From: an uncultured Planctomycetales bacterium
GTDB lineage: Bacteria > Planctomycetota > Phycisphaerae > UBA1845 > PWPN01
NCBI GenBank assembly: GCA_964586235.1
Contig: CAZPIO010000008.1
Span: forward strand, 19,893-83,892
DNA length: 64,000 nt
Direction: 5' to 3'
Notes under the pieces: model-generated
The model's database searches: none
Told to the model about the DNA's origin: nothing
What the model saw: the letters and a program-made list of their open reading frames with translations, nothing else
Shown here: positions 1 through 9,900 of the stretch, piece after piece
Layout: each line of letters starts with the position of its first letter
Numbering within the stretch: position 1 is the first letter of the stretch
Position numbers and translations under genes: made by a program

Positions 1-24
1 CGATTTGCCGGCGGCCGGAAGTGG

Positions 25-1164
25 GTGGACTGCGGCCGGCTGGGCAGCGACCCGAGCTGCCATTCCGTCATGTCCATGTTGATTCATCGCGACCGGCTTT
101 ACGCCGGCAACGGCACCTGGGACTGGGTGGCGGTCAACCAGGGACAAACCGGTCAGGCCCACGTGTTTCGATACGAAGGGGGGGCGCAATGGCACGACCT
201 TGGTGCCATCGACGACGCTCGCCGGGCCACCTCCCTCGCTTCCTTCAACGATGACCTGTACGTCGCCGATGATCGCATGCACGTCTTCCGACTCAACAGG
301 GACGGCACATGGGAGATGCTCAAACAGTCGTCGGCCAAGGTTGACCGGATCGATTCCATGATGCTCTACCGCGGCCGGCTCTTCGGCTCGCGAACCTATC
401 CCTGGCTATATCAGGGCGGAACGGAATGGCTCAGAATCGGCGACCTGGTTGACTCCCTTCAGATCAGCCAGATTCACTCGATGGTTGTCTATGGCGGACG
501 GCTCTACCTTGGCGGCTGGCCCTCGGGTCGTATTATGCGCTACGGTGAGCCGGGCAAGTGGACGGAGTGCGGCATCGTCGGTATCGATCCCAAGCTCGTG
601 TGCAACGAGATCAATGACTTCGCGGTCTACAACGGCAAGCTGTATGCAGGCGTGATTCCCAGATCACAGGTGTGGCGCTACGAAGGCGGGAAGGACTGGA
701 CGCTCATCAGGCAAATCGTCAACAACCCGCATTGGGACGCCGGGGACCGCGAAACGTGGAACCGCGTTCCCTGCATGGCCATTTTTCAGGGCCGGCTATT
801 CCTGGGTGCTTCCACTTGCCGCGGCTACGCTGACGCGAGCGACAACACTGAGGCAGGGCATGTCTTCTCCTGGCAGGCCGGTCAATGCGTCTCCTACGAT
901 CATGATCTGGGGGGCGACTGGAGTCACCTGGCCGCCGTTCGTGAAGGTCCCCATCTGAAGTTGTACGTCAACGGCCGCCTGGCGGCGGTGTCGCCTTCCT
1001 TTGCCCCGGCCGACTTCGACATCTCGAATCGTCAACCGCTGATGATCGGCTTCGGCGCCGAGAACTACTTCAATGGCCGGATGTGTGAATTGCGCGTTTA
1101 CCGCCGGGCCTTGGTCGGCCGTGACATCGAGGACCTCTGGCGCCGGCCGATGGGCGGCCGGTAG
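25..1164 (+). CDS. Kelch/beta-propeller-like repeat protein with C-terminal LamG (concanavalin A-like) domain; possibly 5'-truncated by the window edge
   Basis: Recurrent '..LY.G..' blade-like repeats (RLYAGNG, DLYVADD, RLFGS, RLYLGGW, KLYAGVI, RLFLGAS). C-terminus 'LKLYVNGRLAAV...FNGRMCELRVYRRAL' is typical of LamG domains. The frame is open from base 1, so the true start may lie upstream of the window. Confidence 0.6.
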   Translation: MDCGRLGSDPSCHSVMSMLIHRDRLYAGNGTWDWVAVNQGQTGQAHVFRYEGGAQWHDLGAIDDARRATSLASFNDDLYVADDRMHVFRLNRDGTWEMLKQSSAKVDRIDSMMLYRGRLFGSRTYPWLYQGGTEWLRIGDLVDSLQISQIHSMVVYGGRLYLGGWPSGRIMRYGEPGKWTECGIVGIDPKLVCNEINDFAVYNGKLYAGVIPRSQVWRYEGGKDWTLIRQIVNNPHWDAGDRETWNRVPCMAIFQGRLFLGASTCRGYADASDNTEAGHVFSWQAGQCVSYDHDLGGDWSHLAAVREGPHLKLYVNGRLAAVSPSFAPADFDISNRQPLMIGFGAENYFNGRMCELRVYRRALVGRDIEDLWRRPMGGR

Positions 1165-1238
1165 CCCGACTCAACGATGAGCGGCGACAAATCTCATGAT
1201 GCCGGCCAACCGAGTGAGGCCAAGAGGAGGACACCAAC

Positions 1239-3371
1239 TTGTGGCTCATGACACCGGGTACCCGGCCGGCCAACACTGCTGCACGGGATTGCGGCAGGGA
1301 GAGTCGCTGCCCAAGCACAATTGGGAGCTGGCTGGCGTTCGGGCTTGTCATCTGCGCGATCAGACTACCTGACGCCGAGGCAGCACGCCTCTATGTTGCC
1401 CCCAACGGCCGAGCGGATTGGTCGGGCTCGCTGGCCGACCCGAAGGCCGACCAGTCCGACGGACCGTTGCCGTCCATCCTCGCCGCTCGCGACCTGGTCC
1501 GTGCCGGCCGGGCCAGGGGGGAGTGGCCGGACGAGGCTGTCACCGTCCTTGTTCGCGGGGGAACGTACCACCTCCCAGAGACGATTGTGTACGAGGCCCA
1601 GGACTTCGGGTCGCCGGGCAAACCGGTCACGTACGCCGCCTATGGTGATGAAAAACCGGTGCTCAGCGGCGGGCGGCTGATCACCGGCTGGCGGGCGGGC
1701 GAAGTGAACCGCAAGGCGTGCTGGGTGGCCGCGATTCCGGAGGTCAAGCACGGCCGATGGTACTTCCGCCAACTGTTCGTTAACGGCCAGCGGCGCCATC
1801 GGCCGCGGGTACCGCGGGAAGGCTATTACCGACTGGCCGCGCTGCCGGATCCGCCCTCCGGGCAGAAGAAGAAGCCCACCAGCGACACGGCGTATTTCAG
1901 ACCGGGTGATCTGCGCAACTGGCGCAACCTCGCTGATGTCGAGTACGTTTCCATGGAAGTCTGGGACGAATCCCATCTCTTCCTCAAGGAAATCGACGAG
2001 GCGGCACATAGGGTCAGGTTCAACCTGGAGAGCTACTTCCTGCTCGGCACCACCAAGGAGGGGCAGGACATCCTGACCCGGTATTACCTGAAGAACGTCA
2101 TGGAAGAGCTGGACGCCCCGGGCGAGTGGTATCTCGACCGGACAACCGGCCTGCTCTACTACATCCCGATGCCCGGAGAATCGTTGGAGGCCGTGGAGGT
2201 CATCGCCCCGTTCCTCGATGACCTGCTGCGGATTACCGGAGATCCCGATCGCGACCGCCCCGTTCACGACCTTCACCTGAAAGGGCTGACCTTCAGTCAC
2301 AACGACTGGTGGCTGCCGCCCGGCGAACGCCAGGGGGGACAAGCGGCCAGGCTGATACCGGGTGCGATTATTCTTCAGGACGCGGTCAACTGTCGAATCG
2401 ATGATTGCACCGTGACGCACGTGTCCAACTACGCAATCGAGTTGCGGGCCGGATGCGCGAACAACCTCGTTTCCGGCTGCACGCTGACCGACCTGGGGGC
2501 CGGCGGGGTCAAGATCGGTCACGACAGCAGCCACACAATGGTAACCGATTGCGAAATCGGCGATGCCGGCATTGTTCATCACGGTGCCGTGGGCATCTGG
2601 GTGGGCGATAGCTGGGCCAACACCGTCTCTCACAACCACGTGCACCATCTGAACTACTCAGGCATCAGCGTGGGATGGACGTGGGGTTATCGGCCGAGCA
2701 AGGCGGCCTGCAATACCATTGAGTACAACCACGTGCATCACGTCGGACAGGGCATGCTGAGCGATCTGGGCGGAATCTACACCCTGGGCATCTCGCCCGG
2801 AACGGCAATCCGGTTCAACCTCATTCACGATGTACAGGCCTATGACCGCGCCGGTCGCGGCATATACAACGACGAGGGCAGCAGCTTCATCCTCGTGGAG
2901 AACAACGTCGTCTACCGGACTTCACAATCGGCCTATCACCTGAACTACGGCCGCGAGAACACCATCCGTAACAACATGTTCATCTGCGGCACTGACGAAA
3001 ACGTGACCCGCAGCGGCCAGGAGGAGCATCTGTCGTTTTCTTTCGAGAAGAACCTCGTGTACATCACCGCTTCCCGCATGTTCGATGGGCAGTGGCGGTG
3101 GGACAAGGGCCATTTCCGACTGGACCACAATCTCTACTACCGCGAAAGCGGCCAGGCCTTCGACTTCCCCGGCGACCGGACGTTCGCGCAATGGCAGGAA
3201 TGGACGGGACAAGACCGACACTCCGTGATTGCCAACCCGCTGTTCGTCAACCCCGGGAAGGACGATTTCACAATCAAGCCTGGATCACCTACGGAGAAGA
3301 TCGGGTTCAAACCGATCGACATGACAAAGGTCGGGCGGCTCCGGACGCAGGCTTCGCGCACCGGAAACTGA
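1239..3371 (+). CDS. Secreted right-handed parallel beta-helix repeat protein (pectate-lyase-fold, polysaccharide lyase/hydrolase-like)
   Basis: N-terminal hydrophobic signal (WLAFGLVICAIRLPDAEA). Repeated beta-helix coils (NYAIELRAGCANNLVSGCTLTDLGAGGVKIG, GAVGIWVGDSWANTVSHNHVHH, SGISVGW, NTIEYNHVHH, RGIYNDEGSSFILVENNVVY). The start codon is uncertain (TTG at 1239). Confidence 0.7.
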   Translation: MWLMTPGTRPANTAARDCGRESRCPSTIGSWLAFGLVICAIRLPDAEAARLYVAPNGRADWSGSLADPKADQSDGPLPSILAARDLVRAGRARGEWPDEAVTVLVRGGTYHLPETIVYEAQDFGSPGKPVTYAAYGDEKPVLSGGRLITGWRAGEVNRKACWVAAIPEVKHGRWYFRQLFVNGQRRHRPRVPREGYYRLAALPDPPSGQKKKPTSDTAYFRPGDLRNWRNLADVEYVSMEVWDESHLFLKEIDEAAHRVRFNLESYFLLGTTKEGQDILTRYYLKNVMEELDAPGEWYLDRTTGLLYYIPMPGESLEAVEVIAPFLDDLLRITGDPDRDRPVHDLHLKGLTFSHNDWWLPPGERQGGQAARLIPGAIILQDAVNCRIDDCTVTHVSNYAIELRAGCANNLVSGCTLTDLGAGGVKIGHDSSHTMVTDCEIGDAGIVHHGAVGIWVGDSWANTVSHNHVHHLNYSGISVGWTWGYRPSKAACNTIEYNHVHHVGQGMLSDLGGIYTLGISPGTAIRFNLIHDVQAYDRAGRGIYNDEGSSFILVENNVVYRTSQSAYHLNYGRENTIRNNMFICGTDENVTRSGQEEHLSFSFEKNLVYITASRMFDGQWRWDKGHFRLDHNLYYRESGQAFDFPGDRTFAQWQEWTGQDRHSVIANPLFVNPGKDDFTIKPGSPTEKIGFKPIDMTKVGRLRTQASRTGN

Positions 3372-3394
3372 CACCGAGACCGATCGACTCCCTG

Positions 3395-4915
3395 TCAAAC
3401 CCGGTCGGGCACGACGAACGGCCTGCGGTAGTGTCGCGTCAGCAGAGCATCGGCCTGCGGGTCATCAACCACCATCTCGGACATCGGATCAACGACCAGC
3501 TTCCGCCCCAGTACGTACCCGTCCTTTTCGAGACTGATCCCGTGCGTCGCGAGATGCTGCTCCGTGCGATCCAGCACCTCCCTGACGTCCGCGTCGCCGT
3601 TCAGCTCCTCGGGCTGCGGGCGGAACGGCACCTTGCCGCCCAGCCGGAACGAGGCGTTGGCCAGGTGGACCAGAGCGCACGAGTGGTGAGCATCCAACGC
3701 ATCACCTCTCAAGTCGGCGATCTTCCGGCTGCGCATCACCGCCAGGAAGTTCGTGAACTTCCGTATCTCCCCTTCTCCCTCGACAGACCCCATCTCCACC
3801 GGCACCTCGGGAAGAGGGGCGGTCTCACTACTGCCTTTCGGGTAGAAAAGGATCTTCTCAAAATCACAGGCGATGGTTCCGCCGTCCAGATGCAGAATCA
3901 CCCCGATCTGCAGATCGAAGTATGGATCGGATTTGAGGCCCCGGGTCTCGAATATGAGCTTGGTCTCGCCGTAATCGGCAATCGTCACCAGCGTGCTCGG
4001 CGTCTCGCCCTGGTCGTGATACCCCAAACGTCCGCCGAAGCTGATGACGCTCCCGGGCAGCGTGGAGTTCGGAATCGCCCACCGCACGATGTCCAGCTCA
4101 TTGATACCCTGATTGCCAGTGTCACCGTTCCCGAAATCCCAGAACCAGTGCCAGCGGTAGTGCACGAGATTCTCGTGATAGGGTTGCCTGGGGGCCGGAC
4201 CGAGCCACATGTCAAAGTCCAACTCCGCCGGCGGCCGCTTGTACGGGGCATAACCGATGCTCCCGCGGGTGTTCTGTTCCCCCCAGCCGGGCTTGTAGCA
4301 AAGCCCCCTGGCCACCTTCAGCTTGCCGAGTTTGCCCGACCGGACCACGGATATCATCTGGTTGTACGGCGTGCTGTCGCGGTTCTGTATGCCGTGCCGC
4401 ACCACCCGCCCGTACTTCCTCGCGGTTTCGACGACGATGCGCCCCTCGTGCATATTGTGGCTCATGGGCTTCTCGACGAGCACGTCCTTGCCGGCCTGGC
4501 ACGCCCAGATCGTGATGAGCGAGTGCCAGTGGTTGGGCGTGGCAATGGAAACCGCGTCGACGTCCCGATCGTCCAGCGCCTGGCGGACGTCCTGAACGCA
4601 CTTTGCCGGGCGGTAACCGGCCTGGTCCTCGACGATCTTGACTCGCGACTCGAACAGTCGGGAATCCGGATCGACCAGATAGACGATTTCCACGTTGTGC
4701 GACTTCGCCAACTGCGAGTAGTACTTGATGTGCGCGGATCCCTGGTTGTGGATACCCGCGACCGCGACGCGAATCCGATCGTTCGCCCCCAACGGCCGGC
4801 CAAGGGCCCTCTGCAGTCCGGAGACTCCCTTGGACTGCCTTGCAGACAACAGCGCCGTTGTCCCGGCGGCCAGCAGCGATTTCCCGATCAACGATCGTCG
4901 GCTCAGTCTGGACAT
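3395..4915 (-). CDS. Gfo/Idh/MocA-family oxidoreductase with twin-arginine (Tat) signal
   Basis: 'MSRLSRRSLIGKSLLAAGTTALL' Tat-type leader. Rossmann segment 'IRVAVAGIHNQGSAH'. 'ATPNHWH' and 'GKDVLVEKP' are motifs typical of the family. I chose the ATG at 4915 over the ORF-track start at 5029, which would overlap the upstream gene. Confidence 0.85.
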   Translation of the reverse strand: MSRLSRRSLIGKSLLAAGTTALLSARQSKGVSGLQRALGRPLGANDRIRVAVAGIHNQGSAHIKYYSQLAKSHNVEIVYLVDPDSRLFESRVKIVEDQAGYRPAKCVQDVRQALDDRDVDAVSIATPNHWHSLITIWACQAGKDVLVEKPMSHNMHEGRIVVETARKYGRVVRHGIQNRDSTPYNQMISVVRSGKLGKLKVARGLCYKPGWGEQNTRGSIGYAPYKRPPAELDFDMWLGPAPRQPYHENLVHYRWHWFWDFGNGDTGNQGINELDIVRWAIPNSTLPGSVISFGGRLGYHDQGETPSTLVTIADYGETKLIFETRGLKSDPYFDLQIGVILHLDGGTIACDFEKILFYPKGSSETAPLPEVPVEMGSVEGEGEIRKFTNFLAVMRSRKIADLRGDALDAHHSCALVHLANASFRLGGKVPFRPQPEELNGDADVREVLDRTEQHLATHGISLEKDGYVLGRKLVVDPMSEMVVDDPQADALLTRHYRRPFVVPDRV

Positions 4916-4929
4916 GGTTCTTCTCTCTG

Positions 4930-5841
4930 CTATTTCGACGTTGCGCACCAGGGTCTGATGAACTCGATGAAAAATCGGGCGTAGCGGTCGAGGTTCTCGA
5001 TGTCGCCCCCGCCTCGCAGAGGCGAACACATCTCGAAGCCCACCGCGCCGCGGTAGCCGATCTCACCCAATGCCGTGAAAAACTTCTTGTAGTCAATGAA
5101 CCCCTCGCCGGGCGGCACGGCCCGGATTTCGTCGAGGCAGCGCTCGTAGTTGTTGCCGCGACCGGGATGGTGATACTTGAACCGCGGCCGTCTGACATAA
5201 TCGGCAACCGTCGTATGCACGATCCGCGGGCCCATGTGCCGCACGGCTTGGGCCAGATCGTCCCCGTGGAGGGCCACGGACCATGCGTCGAAACAGGCCT
5301 TGCAGTTGGGCCGGCCGACCTCGTCGATCAGGTCCGCCAGCGAAAGATAGTGGGCGGCGATATCGTCATGATTCTGAACCCCGACGATCACGTCAAACTC
5401 ACCGGCAATGTCGCAGGCCTGACGGAGAAACTCCACGCTGCGTCCCCATTGGGCGGTGTATTCTTCGTGATCGTTGGCCGAGCCGGTGAACAGGCGGAGA
5501 ATACGGGCCCCCAGAAGCCGGGCCATCTCCGCCCACTGCCGGATGGCCATCAACTGCATTTCCGCCAGGGGGGCGAACGGCACGCCGCCGCCGGCACGGC
5601 CTGCACCCGGATCGCCATAGCCCGCCAGGCAGGGCACGCTGAGCCGATGCTTCGAGAGAAGCTCCCGGAGCCGCTCAAGCCGGCGACGATCATAGTCCAG
5701 GGGAGACAGGTGAGGCCGCTTGGTCATGAGCATGACCCCGGAGTAGCCCAAGTCAGACGCCCGAGGGATGAACTCCTCCAGGCTCAGCCGAGCCTGCCCC
5801 CAGAGACCGGCATAACTCACCGAATGGAGAACCGCTTCCAT
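4930..5841 (-). CDS. Sugar phosphate isomerase/epimerase (xylose isomerase-like TIM barrel)
   Basis: 303-aa ORF with family-typical layout (MEAVLHSVSYAGLWG..., 'VGVQNHDD', 'GAVGFEMCSP'). Lies immediately upstream of, and co-directional with, the oxidoreductase. Confidence 0.75.
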   Translation of the reverse strand: MEAVLHSVSYAGLWGQARLSLEEFIPRASDLGYSGVMLMTKRPHLSPLDYDRRRLERLRELLSKHRLSVPCLAGYGDPGAGRAGGGVPFAPLAEMQLMAIRQWAEMARLLGARILRLFTGSANDHEEYTAQWGRSVEFLRQACDIAGEFDVIVGVQNHDDIAAHYLSLADLIDEVGRPNCKACFDAWSVALHGDDLAQAVRHMGPRIVHTTVADYVRRPRFKYHHPGRGNNYERCLDEIRAVPPGEGFIDYKKFFTALGEIGYRGAVGFEMCSPLRGGGDIENLDRYARFFIEFIRPWCATSK

Positions 5842-5892
5842 GAGTAGAACCTCCCATCGTGTGTGGGATCGGCTTTCGACCGGTTGAGCGCG

Positions 5893-6456
5893 TCAGGAAC
5901 CCGAGAGAAACCGCCGCACGCCCGCCTGCAGCGCCTTGGCTCGCTCGGCGGTCATCTCCGCCGGGATCTCGCGGTAGATGTCCGTGATGTCACCAGCCTG
6001 ATCGCGGAGCCGCTCGCAGAACTGGCGGGCCGTCAAACGATCACCCGCGGAGAGTGTCAGACGTTCGCACCACCGCCTGTCGATAAGCAGGTTCCAGTCC
6101 TGCTTGCCAGGCGGAGCGTTCGGCCGATACGAGGTGTCGATAACATCATCACATCTGCCATTGACGTTGTGCTTGCACGGCTTGCAGATGTCGTCCGCCC
6201 CCAGTTCCATGACCAGGGTGATGTCGCGGTGGCTCAGGATCCGCTCGGCCACGGTGTGAACGGCGTGCCCGTACGGGTGCGGCTCAAACTTTTCTCCGCG
6301 ACCGTACGACGTAATGATATCGACGAAGTGATGCGGCTTGATGCGAATCACCCCCTGGTCTCCCGTTGCGCTATGGTTGAGGTCGATGCCGTTCCGGGCG
6401 CCCCCAGCGCAGCCCCAAACAAGACAAGCCAGTACGAACAAGCTCGCGCGAATCAT
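5893..6456 (-). CDS. DUF1284-like Cys/His-rich protein with N-terminal signal peptide
   Basis: 'IRIKPHHFVDII' and 'DDICKPCKHNVNGRCDD' resemble the conserved HH and Cys-cluster motifs of DUF1284. The N-terminus 'MIRASLFVLACLVWGCAGG' looks like a signal or lipoprotein-like leader. Confidence 0.55.
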   Translation of the reverse strand: MIRASLFVLACLVWGCAGGARNGIDLNHSATGDQGVIRIKPHHFVDIITSYGRGEKFEPHPYGHAVHTVAERILSHRDITLVMELGADDICKPCKHNVNGRCDDVIDTSYRPNAPPGKQDWNLLIDRRWCERLTLSAGDRLTARQFCERLRDQAGDITDIYREIPAEMTAERAKALQAGVRRFLSGS

Positions 6457-6918
6457 GGCCTGCGGGCCTCCAGACAGATACAGACATGCACACGCCGGCT
6501 ATCGCGTTCCTCGGGGGCAGCAACAGCATAGATGATCGCCCAAACCGGGTCAACGCCGGTGCCGTCCGGACCCACCCGTCGTCAGATGGTTATGCCTCCG
6601 GCTTCCTGGAGAAGCTCACGCGCCGCCAGGTTCTTCGACTGAATGTAAGAGTGAGACAGGAACGAGCCCGCCCGGAAGGGAGGAGATGCGGGCCTTCAAG
6701 GAGAGGTGATGATTGTGGCGGGAAAGCGTTGGAGACCCGCGGCGGCCGATTAGCCGGGTGACTGCCAGCAGGACGGCATGGGACTCCAGCGCGGAGGATG
6801 AGCACGACAGCGTCCGCGCGGTGACCCGCCGGCTGCGCTCAAGCGGATTCGCCTCCCGCGCTCCGCGGATGTGCTCTGACAGGCGTCGGGCGGCCAGACA
6901 GAGGTGAGCGGAGTCCGC

Positions 6919-9900
6919 TCATGAGCCTATCAGTTTGGCGGCTTCGCTGCGTTCCGCCTCGGTCAATACGCGATGCTCCTGGTCGATCCGCAGGGCTTGC
7001 TCCAACCGCACCTTCGCTGCCTGCGCTTCCTTCAGCTCGCGCAGGACTCTTGCGAGACGAATCGCGGCATGTGCCTGCGTCGAGGGCAGACCCTTGGCGA
7101 GGTCCAGGCAGCGCTCGAGGTCCCTGCGCGCGTCGGTCCACCGCCCCAGGCGCATCAGAATGGCCCCGCGTGTGTCGAGAAGATGCGGGTCATTAAGATA
7201 CCGGGCGGCGGCCTTGTCGGCGATCTCCAGGGCCTCCTGCGGCCTGCCCAACTGTTCGCCCAACAACCATGCCAGGTCATTGCTGGCCCGCTGGTGGAAA
7301 GGCTCCAGTTTGAGGACATCGTGGTATGCAGCAGCAGCAGCCTCCAGGTCGCCTGCCTGCCGCGCCGCCTCCGCCCGTGCGATGTGCCCTTCGGTGTAAT
7401 TCGGGAACGCGGCGACGAGTTCATCGGCGACCTTGCGTGCCGTCAGAACGGCCTGCTGGTCACCCGAATTCACCAGAGCGCTCGCGGCCACCAGCAACGC
7501 CGCCGGCCGATCGGGATTCTCCGAGCGGTAATCCGCCAGAAGCCTGGGGACGGCGTCGAATTCCTTCCGCGCGGCCAGCAGGTTGACGCGGGCGGCGAAG
7601 ACGGCCGGGTTACCCCGGGCCATCGATTCAGCGCTGTCGATGCAGGCTGCGGCCGCCGGCAAGTCTCCGTTCGCGCGGTGCAGATCGGCCAGCATGAGCC
7701 GGGCGGCCGCACTGCCTCGCCCCTCTTCGCTCCGGCAGAACGCGTCAAGATGCTCTATGGCCTCGTTTCGTCGCCCGGAGGCGGTCAGGATCTCCGCCCG
7801 CACAACGTGGAGCATCTCGTGGCCGGGGGCAACCTTCAGCGCGTCGTCATTGAGGGGCATTGCCACGTCGAATTCCCCTGCTTTAACCGCAAGGGTTGTC
7901 AGCAGACCGCAGGCGGCCAGGTTTTTGGCATCCCTGCTCAGTACCGCTCGAGCCAGCGCCCGGGCAACCAGATCGTTGCCTGCCTCGGCCTCGACTTCCG
8001 CTCTCATAAGGAGAAGCCGGGGATTACCGGGGTTGGCTTCCAGCGCCCGATCAAGCCGCTCCTGAGCCTTGGCGGGGTCCCACCGAGCGCGAGCCAATTC
8101 CACAAGCCGCAGGTGAGCATCCACGTTCCCAGGATTCAGCCCGGCAGCGTGCTCGAGAAGTGTCTCCTCCTTACCCAGCCTTTCCCCCATGTCCGCCGGT
8201 TTCGTGTCGGTCGAAAGCAGACCGTTGTGAAGAGCGAGCAGATCGGCGTCATCGGGCGTCTGAGCAAGGAGATCCTCAAGCATCGCCCGGCCCCGGCTTC
8301 GCATCCCGGCTTCCTGGCTGTCCAGAAGCTCCTTCACCAGGCGCTTCTGAAGACCGACCGCGTCCGGGGCTTTCTTCAGCCCGGTCTCCCAGGTGGCGAT
8401 TGCCTTGGCCGAATCGCCGCGGCTGTCGTGGAACCTGCCCAGCAGTTCATAGCCGGCCGCGACCGCGTCCTCCATCTGGGTCAGATGAGCATAGTCGGCC
8501 TCGGCGAGGTCGTACTGCTTCATCGCCTGGTGAAACTGAGCCCGCAGCAGATATGAAGCGAAATCCTTGCGTCGGTCGACTGCCGCGTTCATCACCTCCA
8601 GCGCTTCCTTGTCCCGGCCTTCGGCGTGCAGGATCTCAGCCCGTGCGGACACTGCCCCAAATGAATCCGGCTCAATCGACTGGGCCTCGTCGAGAAGCTG
8701 CATCGCCCTGTTCACATCCTGGCCGGCACCGTAGACCAGCCTGGCCAACACGACCCTCGATGCCGCGTCCTTCGGGTCAGCGGCGACGAGCACCTCGACA
8801 TCCCGGATGGCCGAGTCTGTATCACCTGCCCCAATGGCAACGCTCACTGCCTGCCGTCTCATGTCAGGAAGGGCGCGCATCTGCTCGGGGACCTGCCTCA
8901 GGATCTCCGCGGCGGGCACGTAGCGCCGCTGACGCAGCAGCAGCCGGACGAGCCTCTCGGCCACCTCCGCCTGTGCTGTCTGGGCCTGAAGATACTGCCG
9001 GTAGGTCTGCTCCGCGAGATCGTCCTTGCCGATCAGCTCCTGCATGGCCCCGAGCATCATGACCGGCTGGGCCCAGGCGGGGTCCGCGGCAATGCAGGCG
9101 TTGAGGTGCTCGGCAATCTCCGCCTCCTGCGCCGCCGTCTTGCTCCGCGCCTCATCGGGTGTCCCCTGCGAGGTTGTATGCAGCAGGAGACGGGCCTGCT
9201 CCAGGTGCCATCGGAACGGTCTGTCACCGCCGATTGCTTTCAGCTCGTCGATCAATCCCTGGCTCAGCTTCGAGTCGGACAGCACCTCGGGAATCCGCAG
9301 AAGAGACATTCGGAGATCCAGGTCCTTCGGCCGCTCCGTCGCCAACTGTTGAAGCAACTCGATGCCTTTCGGCCGCTGCCCCTGGGAGAGGAGGAATTGA
9401 GCCAGAGCCTTGGCGGCGAGAACCCTCTCCTCGCCCGCAAGAGCTGAGCACGCTTCCTCCAGAACAGACCGAGCCTCATCTTTTCGCCCGAGACGCACGT
9501 AGAGTTCCGCCAGGGCCATTCGCGGCATGGCCACATCCCCCTGCCGTTGGATGGCCCCTTTCATCAACGCCGCTGCCTTGTCGGCAAGGTTCTTCCGTTC
9601 GTAACACTGCGCCAGCATCAGTTCCGCGGCAAATGGCCGATCGCACTCCTTGAGTGCGGTCTCAAGATCGGCGATCACGTTGTCGAGATACCCCTGGCGG
9701 GCACCGATCGTGGCTTGCAGGAGGCGGACATCCACAGACCGCGGGTACTGCTGGCGCAGGACGGTCAGCTCTCTGAGCAAGTGGCTGCCAACCTCCTGGT
9801 CGGCCCCGCGGGCAAGCCAGACATTGACGCTCAGGCGTATTCGTGCCAGGCTCTTCCCAAGGTCGGCCGGAGATGACTGCTCAGCCAGGGTGGCATACTT

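Noticed and set aside
3092-4984. 630-aa plus-strand ORF antisense to the Gfo/Idh/MocA gene. Similar long antisense ORFs lie at 1365-2648, 4840-5847, 6973-8556, 18976-20445, 25659-27002, 34585-35994, 38451-40070, 40869-42227, 49218-50903, 52495-54186, 56095-57105 and 60092-61381.
   Set aside because: These are shadow ORFs, typical of high-GC DNA where stop codons are rare on the antisense strand. Their translations are Arg/Pro/Gly/His-rich and low-complexity with no recognisable motifs. The opposite-strand genes carry clear family signatures, signal peptides and SD sequences.
6890-6918. Hairpin 'gagcggactccgctc' just after the TPR gene stop (minus strand), considered as an intrinsic terminator
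   Set aside because: The stem is short and no U-run follows it. It is not convincing as a rho-independent terminator.
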